Assembly: GCA_977030845.1 (NCBI GenBank)
Contig: OZ365112.1
Span: forward strand, 17,422,001 to 17,486,000
DNA length: 64,000 nucleotides
Direction: 5' to 3'
Source of the DNA: Fimbriosthenelais zetlandica
Lineage: Eukaryota
Below, piece after piece: positions 14,401-26,800 of this stretch. Position 1 is the first letter of the stretch. Each line of letters begins with the position of its first letter. A program made the translations under genes and the position numbers. The notes beneath the pieces are model-generated. The model was not told the DNA's origin and made no database searches. It was given only the letters and a program-made list of their open reading frames with translations.

Positions 14401-17400
14401 ATCTGTGCCACATAAACTCATTGAGCTATCATGTATTGTGACGCAAAGCAGCAATCTCAGGTCAGTTTACTAATTAAAACACTTGTTTTCCTGACATAAT
14501 ATTACCAGGTAATTGACTTAATTTATGAGGCTGATATTGAATTATCAGTGAATCACAGAGATCATTTCGAATGTGAAAAATATCGATGGCAAAAGCTTCT
14601 TTTGCATCTAAAAACGTCTATCACTATAATCCCAAGAAACCCTTAATCTGCATGACAACACCTGGCAACACTTCCGGTGAGGGAGAGTTGGAGAGCAGGG
14701 AGTGACTTCCGCCGGGCGGTCCGTCTCCCTCTGGTGGTAAGATCACTCACTATCAGCCTGTGATCACTGCCTGCAGGCTCTGACCTATCAAGCCTTCTCT
14801 TTACTCCCTTCATCATCCTCCCATATTCACCAATACCTATATTCCATCTGGGCAATGGATAGCCGTGGTGGTGTGCAGGGAGGCATAACAAATGATCTCT
14901 CTGGGGTTTCCGAATTAATATTAATCTGGAAGAAATTGAATATACATTAATATCTATTTTCTTATACAATAAATCATTAAATGACTCGTTCAAGTTGAAG
15001 GGATATACTTAGATATAGATGTACGAGGAAACACACTTTATCTGGAGTCAGCTCGTTGGGAGGCTGCTTTCATTATTGTCTCTGTTAGACATATATTCGC
15101 CCTGAATATGATCAGAAATAGGAGGCCAGTTGAAGTACGGCCATCAACACCCCCACCATGTTGAGTCTTCCCATCCACAGCGCTAGAGGTGATTTGTTCA
15201 TGTCCACAGCTGATATATGCTGCCCCCTAAGTTCACCCCACTTTCCTCTGGATTTTGGCTGATAGAAAATAAGTTAAACATTCTCTAAAGTTGTGGTCAA
15301 TATCCTCACACTACTTCTAGAACATGTGAAGCTTATGTTTTGCAGCTTTTGTAGCATCACTCAACGTGGTATTGGCTGATTGAATTCCCGAGCCTTTCAT
15401 GTTAAGTTCAGATGTAGAATTGCCCATCCCCGCGGCCTTGCATGACTGAGAAAGTTTAAAGCTTGGCTCTTTAGTCTTATATTACTTATCCTAACAGAGC
15501 TGAGAGGGAAATCATGCGTCTTTGATCCTTGTACTCAGACTGCTTTTGGTTCCCTGAGCAAAAATCGTTTAAATATTTTTGCTGTCTGCACTGGAATCAG
15601 TGGGGTTTTTTTTCCTAATGATGACCAGGGAACGAACTCGCCACAAACTTCAATCATATCGGAGATATTTTTTACCTCCCCTCCTGCCAGGCCATACCGC
15701 CAATCATTATTTATCACATCAATCTTCTAGGGGATTTCCATAGTTGCCGTTCCTTATTGATTTCCCTGTCGTTTTCACTGCGAGATAGATGTTGGGCAAA
15801 AAGGAAAAGAGAAAGAGATGAATATTAATTCTCAATCATCATTGAGGAGGGATAATGAATTTTCAGTCCAAAATCGTCATAAAGATTGATCTCAAGCACA
15901 TTCTCCTCAAAGGAAGTGGAATAAATTGACTCAAAATATTATTTTCTAATTTTACCGAATTAATATCAGTCACAATATCCTGACGCATATGTGGACCTTG
16001 AGGGAAGCTCGACTTGTCCTGACTTGAAGTAGCACTCAGACAGTAGCCAGTGTTTACTGGAGCCTGATCCCCAACAATTAATACCCTGGCTTTTATACAG
16101 GTCGGCTTTCTGTACTGGCCTATTAATTAATGGTGTATGTTTTATATGGAGGGGTTTATCAGAATGCCCATGCCTGACCTGAGGAAACAGGGCATGTATT
16201 GCTAAAGCCAGTTTATATCGGGATTCACAGAGAGCCAAAGGTGAACGGGTTGCTTTGTTGGCGTTCAGACAGCATGATTTTATATGGAGAAGGTAATGTG
16301 TTGTGTGGTATTCTATCCTTGCCATTTGTTCGAGCCCTCCCCTCCTACACACCCCGCGTACTAAGAGCTGTATCATTCCTTTGGGGTCGACCATTGACCT
16401 GAGTTATCAGTTTCTGTCATCGACCTGGGCTTCCTCTATTCTTTCTCACCCATTAATCCATGGTGAATACATCAGCGGACCCCAGGTGAAAAGTGGGGTG
16501 AGAATAAACACCTCACTCTCTATCAATCACCCTTTTCTCCCCTCATCACCCTTCATCTAGCGGATGGGGGACACGACTGCTTCATAGCCGCAGGTTGATT
16601 TGTTTGACGAACAGTGCCACTATCACCCCTTCATGGCCATTATTTGGCCCAGTGGTTGTGCTGAAGCATACCCCCTCTCTTAAATGCTTCAGTTTTATTT
16701 TAATGAAAATGAATTTTACAGTTGTCTAATTACCAGCACTGGATTAGTGTTGTATAAAATCTCCCTTTTTCCCATGAACACTGAATTGGCATGTTCAATT
16801 TTGGTGCGTCCATTTTTGGAATATTAACCCTTTGTGGCAACCTTGGGAGATCCATTGCCTTCCCCCTCCTCCTGTGCACGCCCTGGGGGTAGGTATACTG
16901 TAGGAATTATCTCTGAGGAGTGGTGTCTTTTGATGACTTCACACGCGCGGAGTTTGTCTGGAGACAGAGTGTTTCTGTGTGAAACACCTGCCCCTAAAAT
17001 GGGCTAGTATTACATGATTACCCTGCTACGTGCTCTTCCCTTTCCCTCTCAGTCTCAATAACTTCCCCCAGTCTAGCTGCTTCGTATTTCATCCCAGGGA
17101 TGCCTCTCTCACTGCCATACTGTGTGCCATCTTGACAAAACATTGTATGTTTTGGCATCTACTGTTGACAAATTGCCATGTTTAAAATGTGCTCTGTTTC
17201 ATATAGAAAAATGATTAAGCTTAATACAATTAAAAAGAAATATATCAAAATGACAAATTATTTGTGTACTGATTAAGAAAGAATTGAGATCTTTGCCTCT
17301 AGGTAGATTTAAGAGTGAACTATTAGTAACGCCTGATTAGCCTACCTATTTTTTATACTAGGTTTTGAATAGAAGTGTTGGACTGAGTGGTGTGTTAATG

Positions 17401-19645
17401 CTTCATATGTTTTCAAAACTACAAGTGAAACCAAGAAGAAAATTGAGTCTATAAGCCTCAGTCATTATTTTTCCCAAAGAAAACCTAGGTGCTATAGTTT
17501 GAATCTGTGTTTACCCAGCACACCAGAACTCTAGCCTGGATCGCAATGTCCATATTTAATAAGGCACATAAATATTTCAACGTTTGGGTCGTTTCTAGAG
17601 TACTTATGTTACATTGTATACAAGCTGGTTTTTCAACTACTGTAAAGTGTACTGGTACGATTCTCCGAGGCCTCCCTTTGTACATACTACAGTGATCCCT
17701 CGCTGCTCATTTTGCATCATTGTCCCATACCATGAGCTGCTCACTCCACTTTTTTTATTTTGCTATACAGGGTCGTCCCAATTGTGCCTTGTCACCAGAC
17801 CCTAACAGTATATATATACATATGAAAAAACTAGATATCAAAGGCAGAGTCGGAGAATAAAAATCCTGTTAACGATTTTAAAAATCCATTTAGAGGATAA
17901 AGAATGTTGGAAAATGCCCTATCTCCACATGGGAAAGGTAAATACAATCAGGAATTGAAGCCCTGCCTTCCCTAAGTCGTATCAAATGTCACTGGGGACA
18001 CAAATAAAATCCAGTGTACGCAAAGATCTCAGATAAAAATTCCCTACTTCAGTAACATGCTTGTAAAAAGTTGCCATCATAGCGTCTCAAGAGACCAGCG
18101 GCATAGTGCACTGACAAAATGCCATGGTTACAAAAGGATTATGGAGGCCCTCTCTGAACTCAGTAAAAGGATAACCTTGTTGACTTTAGCATACATTTAG
18201 TTAACAGTAGTCAGAAGGCAAGCCTTTTATGTACAGAAATATGTTCCAGTTTGTGTGGGTCTCTGAACAGACACTTGGCATCCAGTGGACGCATCCTTTC
18301 ACCTCACCAGCTCTGGTAATTGCCAGCCTTTACGGCCAAATTACACTTGTTCTCTCTTCCTCTCTTCTTCTGACTTTTATGAATTTTAAAAGAGTTTAAA
18401 GTAGTTTTCTGTCTAGGACTTTATTAACACTGAAGCCTTTGATCACAATCACAGATATTGGGTTTGCACTTAGTAAAGAAAGAAAGTAGTGTTTACTCCC
18501 ATTCCACCAAAACAAATAGGAGCGTAAATTGCAGGGGCAATAACCGAATCTACTAAGTACTGTGTTAGTTGTGGAAATGTAGTAGAAAGCTTTGAAGAAA
18601 ATGGGCATATCGGAAAAGAAGATAATGGTGACATTTATCATGTTAAGATGGTGACATTTAAAGATGCCTCCATTAACAGATCATTGCTTGACATAACTCC
18701 TACTGTTTTAACTTATTAATTCATCTCCATGATATTGACACTTTCTCAAATCCCCCAGGAAATTATTCATTGATTAGACAGATAGTGTGAGGAGTGTGTG
18801 TACTGTTGAACAGAGTGGCAGTAGCAGGTCCATGTTTTCAGTATGAACCAGGGACTGTAGAGTGAGAGCCAGCTACAGCGAGTCTGAGCTGATGAAATAT
18901 TTACCAGCTACTCCTTACGAGCCAATCAGTGAGATGCTTTGTCAGTCCCTGATGATAAACCCTCCCATTCCAGCCAATCAAGGCAGGCCTTACATGCCAG
19001 ACCGACCATATCAGTCACTGAGCACAACCAGCTCTATGTCAGGGAACTCTCCCACAGAATGACTAATTAACTCCTTATTAAACTGCCATCTGCCTCTCCG
19101 AGAGACTTGTTGTCATGTGGTATTGGCATTGGAGGCATTAGAATTCCCCTTCTCTACAAATCATATTCCCTTATAATGCATGGTTTCATCGATTCTTTTT
19201 TCGAAGGCTTTTGTTGCGAGATAAATTGAAAATGTAGTGAGTTGTTATAAATATTGCAGCTCCTGATCCAGATTAACAGTAGGGTTTCCCCTTCCAATTA
19301 GACTATGTGATTATCTTTAGCTTTGCTTGTCGCTGACTAAATGCCACCTATAATTCCTTGCCTGTTAAACCTTCCCCAAGCTACATTCTCTTTAAATGGT
19401 TGGGCTTATTTCATCTCAGTTAATATTCCTTACATATTATCATGAATAATGTCTTTATTGTGAGCAGAAGTTTGCATGTTTTGAATGTATTTGTCTCCAC
19501 CCACACCTACCACACGGTGGTCTGTTTTGTGCCTTCACTTGCTTTATGTTTTGTGTTTTTATAATGCCTTCTCACATTAAATATAAAGATGACTAGTATA
19601 TTTTGTCCTGTCTAACTGATGGCTGTGTGTTTTCTGCTCTCACAG

Positions 19646-20464
19646 ACGACCTGGCTGAGGTGAAAGAGAACCAGGAGCAGGCTCCGCAGCTTGACGAGGA
19701 CGGAGATATAGACATGGAGCGTGGCCTCAAACGCGCCTTTCCAGATCCAGACGGTGCTGGCCGCCGCCGAAAGAAGAAAAAGAAGCTTCCTGGTCCACCA
19801 CTTCCAAAAAATGCCTTAATGCAGTTAAACGAGATCAAGCCTGGCCTTCAGTACAGGCTCCTAGCCCAGACAGGCCCTGTACATGCTCCCACATTCACCA
19901 TGTGTGTGGAAGTCAACGGCCAGACATTTGAAGGTGCAGGTACAACTAAGAAGAAGGCCAAGCTGATAGCTGCTGAGAAGGCGCTGGCCTCATTTGTGCA
20001 ATTTCCTAATGCCTCCGAGGCACATCAAGCCATGGGAAGACAAATCACAGGCGGTGACTTCACCTCTGACACGGCCGACGGCAACGAGACTCTCTTCAAC
20101 AATTTTGATCCTAATGCCCCTAAAGATCCAGTAAAGATTGAGACCCAGAACGCACAGAATGTCGCTCCACCCATTGGTGTGAATGGTAACAGTATCGTTC
20201 CCATGGTCGCATCCGCACCAAGACCACTGCCCACACAACCTGCTGGTAAGAATCCAGTCATGATCTTGAATGAGATCCGGCCTGGAACCAAGTATGATTT
20301 CATCTCCGAGAGTGGGGAGAGTCATTCGAAGAACTTCATTATGTCAGTCACTGTGGACTCGGAGACCTTCCAAGGCTCTGGTAGGAATAAGAAACTGGCC
20401 AAGTCCCGCGCTGCCCAGGCTGCGCTACAGAAGATTTTCCATTTAGAGTTCACATCCTCTCCAG
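19646..20464 (+). CDS. ADARB1: ADAR2-like editase, exon with basic NLS and dsRBM1 + dsRBM2
   Basis: [31 protein letters not shown]...GPVHAP...KKKAK...[11 protein letters not shown] and [14 protein letters not shown]...SGESH...GRNKKLAK closely match ADAR2 dsRBMs. Branch point CTAAC 19612-19616, acceptor CAG ending 19645, donor CAG|GTAAGA at 20465 (phase 1). Confidence 0.97.
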
Positions 20465-23400
20465 GTAAGATGTTGAAAAATATAGAAGCAGTGTCCCCTG
20501 TTGGGCGACCCTTAATAACCAATACCTCGACTAGTACTCCCCAAGGTTGGCTATTGAAAGAAATTTTAGTCTTGATCTACCTCTACATGTTTTACCTGTC
20601 AATGAGGCACTACAGGTATAGCCTGTCCCAGGTAAACTTAGTTATAAAATTTCTGGTTCCCTTTATTCCATAACTCCGTGATTCAACTCCGTATATTTGG
20701 GTTCAAGTACCGAGACGAACCCTCTAGAACCCAAAACATTTATAGAATACTTAGAGAAAATGTTTTGTAAAAGCGAGATTTCCAGTTTTCCGGTCCCTTT
20801 GGCCTTTCTTGATCAGTGCTGATCCCAGACCGCGCGGACTTGTTTTATTTTGAAATCTGTGACCATTGGTCTCGCCACATCCTTTTGCACCTGTGCTACA
20901 TCCTCATCTCGTCTGAAGACTTTGGTCGAAGCTCAGCAGACCACAGCTTTCTTCGCGGACCTTGGACCAGGACTGGACAGGAGAGGCCCAGCTCCGCCCC
21001 GGCTCTGGGAAAGAGTAAGTGCCTTACTTACATTGGGTCCCGCATCACGGGGCAACCTCCTCAAAAAATCACCAGAATTCCAACCAAATTCTCCTACCAA
21101 ATTCCCCATTACAACCGGGACCGGTTGTGCAAAATTATCAAAGGCAACAGGCAAATGATAAAGGCATCAGTTTAGTGAAGGCTTAGGGTTAGAAATATCC
21201 TGGGTACCGATTAGTGTATAGATGTTAAGAATTTAGTATTGAGTGAGTGATTTTCACCATGTAGCCTTGAAAAAAGTAAGCAATGAATAATTATAGCTTC
21301 AAGTTGATAGAACATAGAACTAATTTATTTATTGGCAAAACCTATATCTATGTTGACCGAATTGTGGCAAGAAAATTTCTGCAATGTCACTCGTGCCTGG
21401 CAGCTGAATAAGAAGGGAATGTAGTGGGTCGGTAGTACATCCTACACTACAATACACTGCTGGATTTTTACCAGCTCGCCTTCTGCGCCACTCATTTCTC
21501 ATGCATAGCAGCTGGTGTCCTATCTATTACCCCACGCACTAATAACAACTCAGTATTTTTTCACAAAGTATAATGTAGGCAAATTAATTCATAGGATGAT
21601 GTTGAGAATTAGCAAGTCTGTAAATCAGTAACAGTAGATTGCAATATGTAAGTGAAAAAGTCACAGCTCCTACAGATTGTGGTGGGTGGGTGAGGGTTGA
21701 AGTTAGAAGGGTTATCTGTAGAGGGCGGGAGGGTTTATATTAGGAGTAATAGGCTATAGTATTAGTGAGAATGGCAGGCGTATCATCACTCCGGTCCCAA
21801 GACGTAACCATGAATCCATCATGAGGGCTCTCAGTAGCCCTGCTGCTCCGTGCAGCAGTAGCAGCAGCTGGAGTAGACAATGCCTTGTTGTACAGCCGTG
21901 GTTCACATTTTTTCATTGATCTCTTGTCTCTGCAGGGAGTTGGTTTGTAGATGGCCCTTGCGTCATCATCTCCCTGGGATTTTGGTGATTTTAACAGGAT
22001 TTTGTCCGGTGATGTTGAACACAATGACAGGAATGCACTATTTTCCTCGGGTCAAAATTTAACCAAACCAATATGATATATAGAGATTTCTATATGTTTT
22101 ATTCTGAACATTTCCACCTGGGGTGCTTTCTCTCATATCTGTATATTTGACCCGATTCTTTTATCCACCAGTGAAAGCCTAGCTTCTATTGATCAGTTAT
22201 GATTACCGCTCATGTGTCACCCTTTCTCGCTGCTTCAGCTTGCATGTTAAAAAGCCACTGATTGAACTGTCTGCAGATAGGAGGAAAAAAGAAAATTTGG
22301 CAAAATAATTCTTTCTCCATTTGTGTCAGAAGATCTAGTGGTCTCTCCCATTTTAAACTACGTATTTTGTTCAAAATTCTGCCAGAATTATAAATATTTT
22401 GAATATTGATAAATTTTGAAAAGAATATTTTTTTAATTTTATGTCAGTATTATCGAATGCTGGAAAGATAAGTGGCAGTAATGGTCGCTTTTTGACTGAC
22501 AAGCTGAGTCTTTACCTTTTAGTTTTCTTGTTATCTGTATGTCATCACCATGAGCTGTCAATCATGCTGGTATAGAAACTGTCAGACTGGGAATCTGGTA
22601 ATCTCACTTACCCACATAATATATATACTCCTGGTAGAAGGAAAACATGTATCAATGAGTCCTTTTTACCTTCCTTAAGCTTTTAATTAAGACAACACTC
22701 TGGTGTCCTTGGACACCAGGGGGCAACAGATTTTCTTTTGATTTCCTCTTACTACATTTAACTTATCATTTCCATTAGATTTATATGTAATTCCCCTAGC
22801 TGACACTCAGAAATTGAAGTAGCTTTGTATATAAACCTTGTTAAACTGTTGCTGACCAATATAATATAAAGTTCTTCTCATATGGAACCGTTTGAAGCCA
22901 CTTAACTTTATACATAGTATGCAGACAGTGCAAGCTCTCAAGAACAGGTAACTGTAAGACCCGCAGTTGGTGAATGGCAGTCGGAGTGACACCTCAAACT
23001 CTTACTTTGGTTCAGTGTGTAGACGTGAACACAGCTGATTATGTTTGGTTATCAACGGTCGACCAATCTGTATTGTAAACTGCATGCTGATTGGCTCGTA
23101 GGTCGGTAGAACTTAGATTCCCTAGCAACTGTCACGCATGCATATATTTGTGTCTCTGACCAAATTCAACAAGATGGAACCAAATATGACATTTAATGAA
23201 AGAAAAATGTCACTACTTTTGACAAAAATTTCGGCATCCCATGGATAACCCTCTGTGCCTACTGTTGGGACATGAGTGGGATTTGTTTTTTCTCGGCATA
23301 ATTTAAAGTAGCATGAGAGCAATTCCAGTAAAAAAAAAATTATGAAAATAATCCGGATTTCAGTAGAGTGTTGCGCTCTTTCTGTAAAGTGAAATTGTCA

Positions 23401-23712
23401 CGTAAAGTAGGTCAGGGCGACCTCATTGTTCACCATCTCTACCACTGCCAATAGATTTAGCTTGCACGAGTCAGTTGTTCGTAATCTACTTGTGATCTAC
23501 ATATAAATGCATTTTTCCCCTATTTCGCCTAGTTACATTTTTGTCTTGTATTATAATCAATGAATTTTTTGTTTCAGAAGTCACCAGCTCACACTGGTGG
23601 TTTGCTTGCATCTGTTGCCATGACTGCCGACAAGCCAGTGGTTAATTGATGATCTTTGATTGAATGAGTGGTGATTTTACTTTGCAGGTCGTTGCTACCC
23701 TAAGGGCTCTAG

Positions 23713-23809
23713 ATCTGTATCACAATTCAATACAAAGTAACTTCCTCCGCGTTACAATGTATCAAGGTAACTGACAGTAAGTTACTTTTATTGCATTGTG
23801 AACACAGAT
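23713..23809. repeat. Imperfect inverted repeat (28 Watson-Crick pairs, 35-nt loop) in ADAR2 intron 2
   Basis: ATCTGTATCACAATTCAATACAAAGTAACTT (23713-23743) pairs with AAGTTACTTTTATTGCATTGTGAACACAGAT (23779-23809) as helices of 6+7+5+10 bp; an extra GTTAC/GTAAC pair lies inside the loop. Confidence 0.9.
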
Positions 23810-26800
23810 TGCAAAGGTCCGCCTCCCCTTCTTTCTCATTGGCTGTCTCTATGGAAACGCATGGGTTCATCATTATTGTTCATAATAATTCCAAATAGTG
23901 TACTGGTCGCTAAAAGTTCACAAGGCTTGCTTATCTTTTGTCAGGCAGTATTCTGAATCGTGTTCACTTTAGTATTTTGAGGGGGACAAGTTTAACAAAC
24001 ATCTAATTAAGAATAATTGGGGATCCTCATGTTTAGATAACTAAATTATAACCAGAAGACCCTCCCTTTAAAGTTACATTATCCATGGGCTCGTCCAATA
24101 TGTATATCTCCTCCTGGGTTACAGGGTGGTCAATTTCTGTGAGCACTAATTGTAATTTTGTATTTAAATGCAAGCAAGATCACCAGTCATAAGTATAGAA
24201 AGATAATTGTCTGACAGGAGATTATACTTGCTGGACTAATACTCAACGATGATTGTAATATGAGTGGGTACACACATATTTTATTTAATAATTTAAAGAA
24301 CATCCCATGGTGTTACCATAGAGACCTGTCTGGACCAAGTGGGGAGCAGAACCCTCAGCTTCCTGGATACTGCCTGTCTTGATTGTTATGGTTACTGGTG
24401 ATAGCAGAAAGCTGAAGGTTGTGGGGAAGAGACACACCAACATTGCCATCGTCATGCGTCTTGCTAACACGCCACTTCGCGTGTTATCACCGAGCTATCA
24501 TCTCTACTTTTATACATGTCCTTCTCTCTGTGCCTTGGTGGGAAAGCTTTGTCTTCGGTGTTTCCATAGCAAATCTATTTAATAATAATCTTCTAGATGT
24601 ACTCGCCACTAGCTGATAACAGGAACCCAGTAGATAATTTCAATCAATTTTAGCAGCTTTTAAAAATTCATTGAAAAATGTTATTAAAAATTCTCTTTTT
24701 TTTGGAAATTTTTACAAAATGTGCCTCACTACATGTGTGATTCTAGTTACAGAGTCTGACTCCTGTTCGTGGAGCATGTCCACAAGTAAGGATATGAACA
24801 CTGTCATTAGAGATATCAACTTAGCCAGGTGCCAACACAGGGATTAACCAGAGCACTCCATTTACACAGTTTCTTTTTGTCAGAACTGCTGTTCATTTTC
24901 ATTTACCCAATATTCAGTTGATTTTAGTTTGGAAACTAACGTTTTAACAATTCGCCTCCAGCTATTTTTTAAAAAGAAGCTATTATTTGTTTTGCTCATT
25001 AAGTGGATCTGGGAAGAAGAGTGTGCTTTCTTTATGATTAATCCTCCTAGTTTGGGACTAGCATCTATGTATTAAAGCCTGGTGAGGGCCAGCTAGTTGA
25101 AGCTGGTCCGACTACTGGGTAAACACACTCATTGATTGAGAATGAGCTGAGTTCCTTTTGTCAGCCCATGGCCAGTGATTGAACTGAAGGGCTCTTGTGA
25201 TATGCAATCCAATTTCTGTAAAGACTTTTTGACAAACAGCCTCCGCTCACCAAGTCCTAGCAGGGCTGGGATCTTGGACTCAGGGGCAGGGGAGGATGCT
25301 TTTGTGTTGTGCTGTTGTGTAGTATTGTAACTGCTGCTCCTCCCCCACCTCTAACACCTCATATATAATGCTTCAATTCATGCCTATTGTACACGTGTCC
25401 AAGCTCTGTATAAGTGTATGTTCGGTAGATCTTTTGAATCTAATGATGGGCTGTATATTGTTAAGTATGTGTAAGGAACTTTGTCAAAATGCTGCACTCT
25501 ATCAACCCCTGCTTCTGTCTTTGATACATTCATCTCCTCTGCTCCAGCTGTTAACGAACTCTTGATGAAGTAGCTTTGCTTAATGGTAGTCTCCTCCTTC
25601 CCCAGCTAACCCCTCTACTGATGAGAAGCATATTTACTACCAATCAATGAGTACATTCTTGTCATTTGGCGTATGAAAACAAATTTGATACACTAAGTAC
25701 TGGTTTTGTTGATGTTAAATGTAAATTACCCTTGGCTTGTTTTTCCTCAGTCAATTTTGGTTCACGGCCAGTCTCTTGCGATGGTCTACTGACTACAAAA
25801 AAGCTGATTAAATCCTAGCATGTAGTTTGTAAGGATGGAAGGAAAAGACACTGTCAAGATGTGAATTATTAATACATTATGATGCTGACCAAGCGCCAAC
25901 ATGAGGCATGGAAAGGTTCTTTTTCCTCCTCAGTGTGTCAAGCCAGTGATTTATTTTCTATCTTTTCATTGTATGAATTATCATCTTCATATTATTGTGT
26001 CTCATCTTATGTCATTAGCTCAGTTGAGGAAGTCTTGTGGAGTACCTTGCCAGAATTCCAGCTAATGCTGCTAGGTTGTCACAATAACAACGTATTGAAT
26101 GTGGCATCTGGTATATCCTTATAGAAGTAGCTGTTGGTGGGCTACACCTCGTTGGGTGCAGCTTTCATTTTCCTCCATGAGCTGGTTGTTTGTGGTGATG
26201 AGAAGCCTGCACCAGCCAACCTCATATTGCAGTCTGAGTCAGATATGATATCATGCCTAGAGATGATAATAGCACATGGCAGGGCGTGGTTGTGCTTGCC
26301 AGGAGCTTGGGGTATTGTTCTATCTGCCCGCAAGGCCACCATTCTCCAGTTGCATGGAGAGTATATCTCTGGTGTAAGGGTACTGTAAGTGAAATCCCCT
26401 GAGAGGGAGGGTTGGAAAAAACACCCTGACCAAACATTGTAGGGGAGTCCTGCTCAGCCCAGCAGAATGTGAAGTCTGGACGAGAGCCTAGTGATCCAAG
26501 TCGCTTCACCAGCTCCAGCTGGATGACCTTGCTTAGCTAGGTCACCAAGGGCTGAGGGTCAAAGTTCACATTCCAGGCAACGGTTGAGGGTTTTGTTGCT
26601 TCTCATTATAAACCTGATATCTTTTAAAGGAGGCTGAGATTAGTCTTCTGTTAGTGGAAGATATTTTGGTGCAGAAAACTTTTCTTTTCTCTGACTCTCT
26701 AAATATTCTAGATCTAAAAATCTATCAGCACATGACAATTTAACCCAGATATTGCAGCCTGCATTGAGGTTGAGTCTTTCATGGTTAAACAGGCAAGTGA

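Noticed and set aside
19560-19645. Search for the mammalian-type AA-to-AI self-edited acceptor upstream of the dsRBM exon
   Set aside because: No complementary sequence that would form the needed duplex was seen; AA dinucleotides alone are uninformative.
19593-20522. Antisense ORFs overlapping the ADAR2 dsRBM exon; likewise 33329-34244, 39453-40614, 45779-46018 and 48071-48256
   Set aside because: Shadow ORFs of genuine coding exons; no motifs of their own.
23578-23640. 63-nt stop-free phase 1-1 segment after the acceptor TTTTTTGTTTCAG
   Set aside because: Donor GTG|GTTAAT is poor (+3 T, +5 A); extending to later donors hits a TAA. Too weak to call an exon.
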